Below, in pieces: positions 55,550 through 64,000 of a stretch of 64,000 bases of DNA. Below the pieces are notes generated by a model that ran no database searches, was not told the DNA's origin, and saw only the letters and a program-made list of their open reading frames with translations. Source of the DNA: Polyangiales bacterium (GTDB lineage: Bacteria > Myxococcota_A > Polyangia > Polyangiales > Polyangiaceae); contig JBBRLQ010000004.1 in the NCBI GenBank assembly GCA_038231275.1, positions 1 through 64,000 on the forward strand. Reading direction: 5' to 3'. Numbering within the stretch: position 1 is the first letter of the stretch; every line of letters starts with the position of its first letter. Position numbers and translations under genes: made by a program.

Positions 55550-56353
55550 ATGAGACGGTACCAGCGCATTCGGGTGGAACGGGTCGGCAGCCGAGCGCTG
55601 ATTACGCTCGCGTACGCGAAGCGCCGCAACGCGCTGAGCCCGCAGATGACCAACGAGCTCCTCTACGCGATCGAAGACGCACGGGTGGACGAGGCAGTGC
55701 GCGTGATCGTCATCACCGGCGAGGGCAAGACGTTCTCGGCGGGAGGCGATCTCTCGTACATGACGTCCACGGGCGAGTCGGTTCGGCCCCCGCCGGTCGG
55801 CGAGCCTGACCTCGCGATGCGCGGCGACTACGCCGATCTGCTGCTCACCCTGCTTCGATGCGACAAGCCGACGATCGCGCGGGTGAACGGGCACGCGCTG
55901 GGCAGCGGCCTCGGCTTGGTGGCGGCGTGCACCTTCTCGGTTGCGCTGATGGACGCGCAGTTCGGGACGCCGGAGATCAACGCGGGCCTCTTCCCGATGA
56001 TGATCATGGCGCTGCTCGCGCGCGTCATGCCGCGCAAGCGCCTCCTCGAGATGATGCTCCTCGGCGAGAAGGTCGACGCGACCGAGGCGGAGGCCATGGG
56101 CATCTTGACCCGCGTGGTCGAGCCAGGGGATCTCGACGAGACGATTCGAGAGATCGAAACCCAACTCGTCCAGAAGAGCCCGCTCATCGTGAAGCTCGGC
56201 CTCCGCGCGTTCGCCGCGCAAGAGGATCTCGAGTTCGAGCAGGCGCTCAAGATGCTCCGCGAGCGCTTCTCCGGTGTTCTCGAGACCGAAGACGCCCACG
56301 AGGGGCTCGCCGCGTTCCTGGACAAGCGCGCCCCCGTCTGGCGAGGGCGCTGA
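55550..56353 (+). CDS. Enoyl-CoA hydratase/isomerase family protein
   Basis: RRNALS, FSAGGDL, VNGHALGSG, FGTPE, EG..AFLDKR.P.W; CATAAT-N7-ATG 55550. Confidence 0.92.
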   Translation: MRRYQRIRVERVGSRALITLAYAKRRNALSPQMTNELLYAIEDARVDEAVRVIVITGEGKTFSAGGDLSYMTSTGESVRPPPVGEPDLAMRGDYADLLLTLLRCDKPTIARVNGHALGSGLGLVAACTFSVALMDAQFGTPEINAGLFPMMIMALLARVMPRKRLLEMMLLGEKVDATEAEAMGILTRVVEPGDLDETIREIETQLVQKSPLIVKLGLRAFAAQEDLEFEQALKMLRERFSGVLETEDAHEGLAAFLDKRAPVWRGR

Positions 56354-56377
56354 CTCTTCCTACGGATCCTGCCTCCG

Positions 56378-59300
56378 CTATAGATCCTGCTCCGCGGCCG
56401 TCGACGCCGGGGGGTTCCTCTTCTCGAGCCAGTTGTGCGCGAGGACGAGGAGCGGCGGCTGACGAATACGCGACAGGAGCGCGAGGATCAGCGAGCCGCC
56501 GATGACGACGACGGCGAGCGGCTTCTGCGTCTGCGCGCCGATGCCGTTGGAGAGCGCGGCGGGCAAGAGGCCGAGCGTGGCGACCAAGGTCGTCATGAGC
56601 GCCGGCCGGAACCGCTTCTCCGCCGCCTCGCGCGCGGCCTGGATGACGGGTAGCCCTTCGACGTCGCGGAGTCGCTGGAAGTACGTCACGACGAGGATCG
56701 CGTCTTGGATCGCGATGCCGAAGATCGAGATGAACCCCATCGCCGCCGACACCGAGAAGTGGATGCCGGTCACCAGCAGCGCCAACACCCCACCGGTGCA
56801 CGCCACCGGGATGGAGACGAAGACGATGAGTGTGTCCATCCACGAGCGGACGGCGCTGTAGACGAGGAACGCGATGAGCAGCAGCGTGATCGGGATGATC
56901 ACCATGAGGCGATCGTTCGCCTCCTTCAGCTGGTTGATCTCGCCGCCCCACTCGAGGTGCGTGTCGTAGGGAAGCTTCAGCTTCGAAGCGATCTTGTCCT
57001 GCGCCTCGCCGATCGTGGACTGCAAATCGCGGCCGCGGACGCTGAATTTCACCGGAGCGTAGCGCCAGCCGTCTTCGCGGAAGATGACCGCGGGGCCGTC
57101 CTCGAGCTCCACCTTCGCGATTTGGCCGAGCGGCACCGAGCCGTTGTCGGCGGTTGGCACGTTGATCTCGCGGACCGCCTCGAGCGACTTTCGGTACGGC
57201 TCGAGCCAGCGGACGGTGAGATCGAAGCGCTTCTCTCCTTCGAACACCTGCGTCACCGCTTGACCGCCGATCGCGGCCTGGATGACCTGCTCGACGTCGC
57301 CGGTGTTGAGGCCGTAGCGCGCGCACGCGGCGCGATCGGGCGTGATCTTGACGTTGGGCTGACCGAGCGAGCGGAACATGCCGAGGTCTTTGACGCCCTG
57401 CACGGTGCTCATGATGTCGACGATCTTCTCGGCGTTCGTCTCGTTGGAGCGAAGATCCGGCCCGATGACCTTGACCGAGTTCTCGCCTTTGACGCCGCTG
57501 ATGCCCTCTTCGACGTTGTCGGAGATCATCTGCGAGAAGTTGAAGCCGACGCCGGGGAACGCCTCTTCGAGCTCCTTCGAGAGCTCGTCGGTGAGCGCCT
57601 CCTTCGTCTTGCCGCTCTTCCACTCGCTGAAGGGGACCTGGAGAGGCGCGAAGAGCTCGATGTTCTGGAAGCCCGACGGATCGGTGCCGTCGTCGGGGCG
57701 CCCGTGCTGCGTGACGACGGAGCGGATTTCGGGGTGCTTGCGGTTGGCGTCGGTGCACTGGACGCCTGGATCGGTGGGGCACCCGCGGAGGATTGCGCGC
57801 ATGCGCCCGACGTACTTTTCGCCCTGCTCGAGCGAGATCGACGTCGGCATCGTCGCGCGGATCCAGAAATTGCCTTCCTCGAGCTTGGGCATGAACTCGC
57901 CGCCCAAAAAGCCGAAGAGTCCGGTGCCCGACGCGAGGACCACAGTCATGAGGAGGCCGAGCTTCGGGCGATCGACGATCCAGTCGCTCACCGGCGTGTA
58001 CACGCTGTGGAGCGCCCGCATGATCCAGTTCTCCTTCTCCTCGGTCTGAGCAGGGACGAACTTGGCGGCGAGCACCGGCGTCAGCGTGAGCGCCATGAAG
58101 ATCGCGCCGCCGATCGCGAAGGCGTACGTCATGGCCATCGGCGAGAAGATGACCCCGGCCACGCCGGTCATCGTGAAGAGCGGAAGGAACGCGACGCCGA
58201 TGATGATCGTGGAGAACGTCATCGGCCCAGCGACCTCGCGCGCGCCCGAGAGGATGCGCTCGCTCATCGAGCCTCTTCCGTGCGGGCCGAGGTGACGGAA
58301 AATGTTCTCCATCATGATGACGGTGGAGTCGACGACGATGCCGAAGTCGACGGCGCCGATCGAGATCAGGTTCGCCGGCGTCTTGCTCAAGTACATTCCG
58401 CTGAACGCGATGAGGAGCGCGATCGGGATGTTCATCGCCGTGATGATCGCGGCGCGCGTGTGGCCCAAGAAGACGAAGAGGACCACCGCGACGAGCAACA
58501 TTCCGACGATGACGTTCTCGAGCACCGTGTGCGTCGTCAGCTTCACGAGCTTGCCGCGGTCGTAATAAGGCTGGATATCCATGCCCGGCGGGAGCAGGTG
58601 GTAGTTCCGGATGTACTCGATGCGCTGGTAGATGCCCTCGAGGGTGGACGGCGTCTCGCCGCCGTAGCGCATCAGCACGATGCCCTGCACGACGTCGGGC
58701 TCGTCGTCGAAGCCGACGACGCCGAGGCGCGGGGCGTAGCCCACGTCGACGTGCGCGATGTCGCGGATGCGGATCGGGACGCCCTTCTGCTCGGCGACGA
58801 CGACCTCTTCGATGTCATGCACGCCGCGGATGAGGCCGATGCCGCGGACGTTGTACGACTGCTCGCCGATGACGAGGCGCTGCCCGCCGACGTTCTGGTT
58901 ACCGTTCTGGATCGACTGGATGAGCGCGCTCAGCGTGACGTTCTGGCCCTTGAGGCGGTAAGGGTCGACGCCGACGTGGTACTGCTTCGTCTCGCCGCCG
59001 AAGCTCACGACGTCGATGACGCCGGGGACCTGCTTGAACTGGCGCTCGAGGACCCAGTCCTCCGCCGTCTTCAGGTCTCGAACGGTGTAGCCCTTGCCGA
59101 CGAGGCGGTAGCGGAAGACCTCACCGATCGCGTTCCACGGCGAGAGGCCCGCCGCCATTCCCGGCGGCAGCGGCGTGAATTGGAGGCGGTTGATGACCTC
59201 TTGGCGCGCCTTCTCGTACGTCTGGCTCCACGCGAAGTAGCACTTGATGTCGGAGAGGCCGAAGAGCGACTGGCTTCGCGTGTGATCGAGTCCCGGCATG

Positions 59301-59524
59301 CCGGCGAAGCCGATTTCAAGGGGGATCGTGACGTACCGCTCCACCTCTTCGGCGCTCCAGCCGTCGGGCTGGGTGATGATCTCGACGAGCGGGGGCACCG
59401 GGTTGGGGTACGCCTCGATGTCGAGCTCCTTGTAGGAGATGATGCCCGCCACGACGATCGCGAACGTCGTCGCCAAGATGACGAGGGGCATCCGCAGCGC
59501 GAACGCGACCAGCTTCTGGATCAT
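56378..59524 (-). CDS. CusA/CzcA-family heavy-metal RND transporter 2
   Basis: EAYPNP, GAVDFGIVVDSTVIMMEN, RFRPALMT. Confidence 0.95.
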   Translation of the reverse strand: MIQKLVAFALRMPLVILATTFAIVVAGIISYKELDIEAYPNPVPPLVEIITQPDGWSAEEVERYVTIPLEIGFAGMPGLDHTRSQSLFGLSDIKCYFAWSQTYEKARQEVINRLQFTPLPPGMAAGLSPWNAIGEVFRYRLVGKGYTVRDLKTAEDWVLERQFKQVPGVIDVVSFGGETKQYHVGVDPYRLKGQNVTLSALIQSIQNGNQNVGGQRLVIGEQSYNVRGIGLIRGVHDIEEVVVAEQKGVPIRIRDIAHVDVGYAPRLGVVGFDDEPDVVQGIVLMRYGGETPSTLEGIYQRIEYIRNYHLLPPGMDIQPYYDRGKLVKLTTHTVLENVIVGMLLVAVVLFVFLGHTRAAIITAMNIPIALLIAFSGMYLSKTPANLISIGAVDFGIVVDSTVIMMENIFRHLGPHGRGSMSERILSGAREVAGPMTFSTIIIGVAFLPLFTMTGVAGVIFSPMAMTYAFAIGGAIFMALTLTPVLAAKFVPAQTEEKENWIMRALHSVYTPVSDWIVDRPKLGLLMTVVLASGTGLFGFLGGEFMPKLEEGNFWIRATMPTSISLEQGEKYVGRMRAILRGCPTDPGVQCTDANRKHPEIRSVVTQHGRPDDGTDPSGFQNIELFAPLQVPFSEWKSGKTKEALTDELSKELEEAFPGVGFNFSQMISDNVEEGISGVKGENSVKVIGPDLRSNETNAEKIVDIMSTVQGVKDLGMFRSLGQPNVKITPDRAACARYGLNTGDVEQVIQAAIGGQAVTQVFEGEKRFDLTVRWLEPYRKSLEAVREINVPTADNGSVPLGQIAKVELEDGPAVIFREDGWRYAPVKFSVRGRDLQSTIGEAQDKIASKLKLPYDTHLEWGGEINQLKEANDRLMVIIPITLLLIAFLVYSAVRSWMDTLIVFVSIPVACTGGVLALLVTGIHFSVSAAMGFISIFGIAIQDAILVVTYFQRLRDVEGLPVIQAAREAAEKRFRPALMTTLVATLGLLPAALSNGIGAQTQKPLAVVVIGGSLILALLSRIRQPPLLVLAHNWLEKRNPPASTAAEQDL

Positions 59525-59534
59525 CTGCTTGTCC

Positions 59535-60707
59535 TCAGAGCATTCCGGAGAGGAGGATGGCGCCAGCGGTCACGATCTTCTGGCCCTTCTCGAGGCCGTG
59601 CGACACGGGGACCCATTTGCTCCCCTCGCCTTCGTCGACCGTGACCGGCACGCGCTCGAACTTGAGCTTGCCGTCCGGCGTCGTGCCGCTCTGGACGAAC
59701 ACGACCGTCTGGTCGCCGAGGCGCAGGAGCGAGGTCTTGGGAATGGCCAGCGCGGTGCGCTCCTCGACCGAGACTTGCACCGTCGCGTACATCTCCGGCT
59801 TGAGCAGGCGGTCGGGGTTGTCGAACGTGCAGCGCACCTTCGCAGTACGCGTGACGGGATCCAAGGTTCCGCTGACCCAGTCGACCTTGCCCTCGAAGTT
59901 CTTTCCCGCGTAGGCGACGACCTTGACGTTGGCCTTCGAGCCGACCTTCACGCGCGCGATGTCCATCTCGAAGACGTCGGCGATGACCCATACCTTGTCG
60001 AGCTCGCCGACCGTGAAAAGCTCGGCCGCGGTGCCGCCACCGTACTGGCCCTGCACCTCGATGCCCGGGCTGATGTTCTTCATGATGACCTCGCCCTCCA
60101 TCGGCGTGATCACCGTGTAGCCCTGCGAGACGTCGCCGCCGCCGCCGCCGGCGCGCAGGAGGTACGCCTTCTGCTTGGCGCGATCCATCTCCGCCTTCGC
60201 CTTGCGGTAGTTGTCCTCGCTGATCTCGAGGTCCTTCTGCGACGCGGCGTGGGCGTCGTAGAGATCCTTCTGGCGCTTGAAGTCGTGCTCGGCGGCGATG
60301 AGGTCGGCGCTGGCCTTGCCGACGTCGCTCGACGCGATGCCGATGTCCGGCGACTCGATGACGGCGAGGGGCGCCCCCTTCTTCACGCGCTGGCCGAGCT
60401 GCGCGTCGATGCGCGTGACCCGTCCGCTCACCGGCGAGTAGACGTGCGCGACGCGCTGATCGTCGAAGGTGACCTTGCCGCTCGTGAGGATCGTGTCGTC
60501 GACGTTTTGATCGCCGACCTCGGTGTACTCGATCTTCGCGTCCTTGATCTGCTGCGCCGTCAGCCATGCCTCGCCGGGCGGCGGACTCGCGCCGGTCCCC
60601 TCCGAGGCTTGCGATTTGTGACACCCGCTGGCGCAGGCCGCGATGGTCGGCGCGGAGGCGAGCAAGAGGAGCGCGGTGGCGGCGTTCAGCAGGCGCGTGC
60701 GGGTCAT
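59535..60707 (-). CDS. RND periplasmic adaptor (CzcB-like) 2
   Basis: Lipoprotein-like N-terminus; SPVSGRV, WVIADVFE, LKPEMYA. Confidence 0.92.
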   Translation of the reverse strand: MTRTRLLNAATALLLLASAPTIAACASGCHKSQASEGTGASPPPGEAWLTAQQIKDAKIEYTEVGDQNVDDTILTSGKVTFDDQRVAHVYSPVSGRVTRIDAQLGQRVKKGAPLAVIESPDIGIASSDVGKASADLIAAEHDFKRQKDLYDAHAASQKDLEISEDNYRKAKAEMDRAKQKAYLLRAGGGGGDVSQGYTVITPMEGEVIMKNISPGIEVQGQYGGGTAAELFTVGELDKVWVIADVFEMDIARVKVGSKANVKVVAYAGKNFEGKVDWVSGTLDPVTRTAKVRCTFDNPDRLLKPEMYATVQVSVEERTALAIPKTSLLRLGDQTVVFVQSGTTPDGKLKFERVPVTVDEGEGSKWVPVSHGLEKGQKIVTAGAILLSGML

Positions 60708-62116
60708 CGCCGTAGATCCATTCCAACCGCGGTTTCCAGCTGAAATACCGCGGTCCAGTAGTTGGTCAGGGTCGTGAGGTAGTCGAGGTTCGTGGCGATG
60801 AAGGTGCGCTGCGCGTCGAGGTAGTCCATGAGCGGCGCGGAGCCTGCATCGTACTGGCGCTTGGTGATGTCCCTCGCAACCTTGGCCCGCGCGAGGAACT
60901 GCGCGTCGTAGCGCTCCATGATGCGGCGCGTGGTCGCGAAGGTGCTGAACGCGCCTTCGACGTCGTTGACGACCTGCGCCTCGAGCTTGCTCCGGGCGAC
61001 CGACTGGGTCATCAGGTCCGCCTCCGCGCGCTTGATCTCGCCCTGCTGCTGGTAGAATAGCGGCAAGGGCGTGCTGATGCCGAAGAAGAGCGCAGGCGGG
61101 GCGACGGCGGCCGAGCTCGTGCCGATCTGGCTGTACTGCGCCTGGAGCGCCACGTCGGGGAAGCGCGTCCGCTTGGCGAGCTCGATCGAGTTCGATGCGC
61201 GCTCCTTCTGGTAGCCGAGCGCCTTCAGGTCAGGGCGGTGGTCGTACGCTTCGCGGCGGAGCGCTTCGGGCCCCGCGGCGACGAGGCGCGCCGGCACACC
61301 GAACCTGGCGAACTCGTCGCTCACCTGGAACTCGGGGATGTTGCCGCGGATGCCGAGCAAAAATCCGAGATCGATCTGCGTCTGACGGAGCTGCTGCTTG
61401 GCGCGATCGAGCGCGTTGTCGGCGGCGTACTTCGTCGTCTCGATGCGCGCGAGGGCGCCCTCGTCGATGACGCGCGGGTAGCGCAGTTTGTTTAGATCGA
61501 GGGTCTGGGTCGACGAGTCCGCCACCTCTTTGGTGAAGTCGACGGTCGCCTTGGCGAGGGCGACGGTGACGTACTGCTGCTTCACCTGGAACTCGAGGGT
61601 GCGGTACGCGTCCGCCTTGTTCATCTTCGCGGCCTTGAGCGCGGCGGCGGCGACCGCCTTGCGCGCCTGACGCTTGCCGGCGAGCGTGTCCCCGATGATG
61701 GACGCGTTGTCGGTCACGCCGACCTGGAAGCCCCACGCGTCGCATCCCGAGCACCCGCTCGAGTAGCCGGGGAGGATCGTGACGCCGCCGTTGATGCCGG
61801 GGTTCGGGATCGCCCCGGCGGTGACCTCGTCCGCCTCGGCCGATTTGACCTGTGCCTCCGCGAGCAGAAGATCGAACCCACGCGCGCGGAACAGGCGCAG
61901 CGACTCGTCGAGGGTGAGGCTCTGCGGGATCTCGGGCGACGGAGACGAGGACGCGTCCGGCGGCGGCGGTTGCTGCGGGGGAGCTTGCTCTTGCGCGCGC
62001 GCCGCGGGCGTGAGCCCGGCGGTCGCGAGGATGGCGAAGAGCACCGCGGCCGCGCGAGCGATGGCGGCGCGGCGGATCCTTCGCGCGGGAGCTTGGCCCC
62101 CTGCTCGTCGATTCAT
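60704..62116 (-). CDS. TolC-family outer membrane factor (CzcC-like) 2
   Basis: Signal peptide ..AARAQ; RPDL, FPDV, PLPLF.QQQG, DYLDAQR; ATG 62116. Confidence 0.9.
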   Translation of the reverse strand: MNRRAGGQAPARRIRRAAIARAAAVLFAILATAGLTPAARAQEQAPPQQPPPPDASSSPSPEIPQSLTLDESLRLFRARGFDLLLAEAQVKSAEADEVTAGAIPNPGINGGVTILPGYSSGCSGCDAWGFQVGVTDNASIIGDTLAGKRQARKAVAAAALKAAKMNKADAYRTLEFQVKQQYVTVALAKATVDFTKEVADSSTQTLDLNKLRYPRVIDEGALARIETTKYAADNALDRAKQQLRQTQIDLGFLLGIRGNIPEFQVSDEFARFGVPARLVAAGPEALRREAYDHRPDLKALGYQKERASNSIELAKRTRFPDVALQAQYSQIGTSSAAVAPPALFFGISTPLPLFYQQQGEIKRAEADLMTQSVARSKLEAQVVNDVEGAFSTFATTRRIMERYDAQFLARAKVARDITKRQYDAGSAPLMDYLDAQRTFIATNLDYLTTLTNYWTAVFQLETAVGMDLRR

Positions 62117-62130
62117 GGCGCGAGCCCTAT

Positions 62131-62146
62131 AGCAACCTGTAGACCA
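62131..62146 (-). promoter_or_regulatory. Possible sigma54 promoter for efflux operon 2
   Basis: TGGTCT-ACAGG-TTGCT (GG-N10-GC); an extended -10 TGC-TATAGG is an alternative reading. Confidence 0.35.
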
Positions 62147-62415
62147 GCGGCGGACATCGAAAGTTACCGGCATTTTCGCGGTCATTCCTGCAGAGTTTAG
62201 ACAAAGTGCCCCGTTCCGAAGCGCGGCGCGGGACAGGTGTACCCATTGCGGCGCGGACGTCGGGTCCGTGCGCGAATCGGTTAACCCCAGTTTCCAAAAA
62301 ATTCCGGGGACGTGAGGCCGTCCCCCGCGAACCACGACGATTCGACGTGATCTCTAGAGCACGACGCGCGCCAAAAGGCGGCGCCGGATGCAGCGACCAG
62401 CGATGGTGCGCTCGA

Positions 62416-64000
62416 TCAGACGTCGAGATCGTCCGCCGACGTCTCTCGCGAGCGATCCATGATGAACTTGAAGCGCGCCTGGGCGTCTTTCCCCATCAGC
62501 TCGTTCAAGACGCGATCGGTCTCGAGCTCGCTCGTGATCCCGACGCGAAGCGCGCGGCGACGGCTCTTGTCGAGGGTCGTCGCCTTGAGATCCTCGGGGT
62601 TCATTTCACCCAAGCCTTTGAAGCGCGTGATCTCGACCTTCGCGTTCTTCGGCAGGCTGGCGATGAGCTTGTCGCGCTCGACTTCGTCGAGGACCCAGTG
62701 CGTCTCCTTGCCATGATCGATGCGGAACAGCGGCGGCCTCGGGAGGTACACATGGCCGCCGCGAATCAGGCCGGGCAGCTGCCGGTAGAAGAAGGTGAGG
62801 AGAAGCGTCGTGATGTGGTGGCCGTCGCTGTCGGCGTCCATCAAGAGGAACACCTTGCCGTAGCGGAGGCGCGCGATGTCGAACGTCGGGCCCATGCCGC
62901 AGCCGAGCGCCTGGACGATGTCCTGCAGCTCCTTGTTGTTCAGCACCTTCGACGACGACGCTTGCTCGGCGTTCAGAACCTTGCCGCGAAGCGGGAGGAT
63001 CGCCTGCGTGCGCCGGTCCCTCCCCTGCTTCGCCGAGCCGCCTGCGCTGTCGCCCTCGACGATGAACAGCTCGCTCTCGCTCGGGTCGGTGCTCGCACAA
63101 TCCGCGAGCTTTCCCGGCAAATTCATCCGGTGAGACACGGCGCCCTTGCGGGTCACCTGCTGCGTCGCTTCGCGGCGCGCTTCCCTCGCGCGCGCGGCGA
63201 GGAGGCCGCGCATCACGATCTGCTCGGCCGTCGAACCGTTCTCGAGGAGCCACTGCTCGAGCGCCGGACGCACGATCGCCTCGACCTGGGCGGCGACCTC
63301 GGGGTTGTTCAGGCGATCCTTGGTCTGCCCCTGGAACTGCGGCGCGGACACGTACGTGGAGAGGAGCGCGACGAGGCCTTCGCGGATGTCCTCGGCGCTC
63401 AGCGTGACGCCGGGCGTCTTGATCGCCTTGGTCTCGATGAAGCCGCGCACCGCTTTCACGATCGCCGACAGGAGGCCGCTCACGTGCGTGCCGCCGTTCG
63501 CCGTCGGAATGCCGTTCACGTACGCGCGCACGTGCTCATCGGGCGACTCGGTCCACTGGAGCGCGAGCTCGAGGCGGAACGGCGCCTCGCCGGGGGCCGC
63601 GTGCAGCTCGCGCGTGACGAAGAACTGCTGCGCGTGGCTCACCGCCTTGCCGCGGCGGTTCACGAGGATCGGCAGATAGTCGGCGATGCCCTGCGGGTGG
63701 AGGAAGGTGTGCTCCTCTTTCGTGCCGGCGTTCACGTAGCGGACGGTGAGCCCGCCGTGCAGGTATGCCTTCGTCTCGAGGCGCTCGCGGATCGTCTCGC
63801 TGTCGAAGCGGAGCTTCTCGCCGAAGATCTGCGTGTCGGGGCGGAAGTGGATCTGTGTCCCGCGTTTCCGGACCTTCGCGCCCTTCTTGAGCGCGGTCTT
63901 GCGGACTCCGCGCGAGAACGATTGCTTGTATTCTACACCCTCACGCCACACCGTGACGTCGAGCGTCTCGGAGAGCGCGTTGACGACGCTCGAGCCGACG
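62416..64000 (-). CDS. Type IIA topoisomerase subunit B (GyrB/ParE), 5' part outside window
   Basis: [10 protein letters not shown] at window edge, [44 protein letters not shown]; cannot separate gyrB from parE. Confidence 0.95.
   Translation of the reverse strand, partial: VGSSVVNALSETLDVTVWREGVEYKQSFSRGVRKTALKKGAKVRKRGTQIHFRPDTQIFGEKLRFDSETIRERLETKAYLHGGLTVRYVNAGTKEEHTFLHPQGIADYLPILVNRRGKAVSHAQQFFVTRELHAAPGEAPFRLELALQWTESPDEHVRAYVNGIPTANGGTHVSGLLSAIVKAVRGFIETKAIKTPGVTLSAEDIREGLVALLSTYVSAPQFQGQTKDRLNNPEVAAQVEAIVRPALEQWLLENGSTAEQIVMRGLLAARAREARREATQQVTRKGAVSHRMNLPGKLADCASTDPSESELFIVEGDSAGGSAKQGRDRRTQAILPLRGKVLNAEQASSSKVLNNKELQDIVQALGCGMGPTFDIARLRYGKVFLLMDADSDGHHITTLLLTFFYRQLPGLIRGGHVYLPRPPLFRIDHGKETHWVLDEVERDKLIASLPKNAKVEITRFKGLGEMNPEDLKATTLDKSRRRALRVGITSELETDRVLNELMGKDAQARFKFIMDRSRETSADDLDV

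Noticed and set aside
56705-59644. 979-aa + strand ORF and similar long antisense ORFs (e.g. 38322..40415, 25458..27665, 8910..10757)
   Set aside because: Stop-poor shadow frames expected at this GC content; Arg/Ala-rich, no motifs, opposite well-supported genes
1-64000. rRNA, tRNA, CRISPR arrays, IS elements, known anti-phage systems
   Set aside because: None recognisable by eye; intergenic gaps are short; small ncRNAs (e.g. in 62147-62415) cannot be excluded without covariance-model searches

Overview
High-GC bacterial DNA with a myxobacterial character (inferred from three-plus Hanks-type Ser/Thr kinases, Cys-rich lipoproteins and TPR/PEGA-type proteins; resembles Polyangiaceae/Labilithrix-like genomes). 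About 48 densely packed CDSs. Housekeeping genes: purA, hisZ, xerC, pepP, rluB-like, lepA, an M16 peptidase pair, biotin carboxylase and a partial gyrB/parE. Two tandem CzcCBA-type RND efflux operons flank an enoyl-CoA hydratase. I found no rRNA, tRNA, CRISPR array or transposase. The most interesting region is ~16.8-30.1 kb. It holds an OmpR-type wHTH/AAA (STAND-like) regulator and two Ser/Thr kinases next to four co-oriented exported-protein genes. One of these looks like a bacterial vitellogenin/MTP-type large lipid transfer module (beta-rich N-terminus plus helical repeats). Another is a 1106-aa Cys-rich protein ending in a long amphipathic beta-sheet that could be the missing half of that module. 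Both promoters of this cluster carry the same triple 11-bp-period GTTCA direct repeat. Many starts look leaderless (TAnnnT 6-8 nt before the start codon). All product calls come from motif reading, not database searches.
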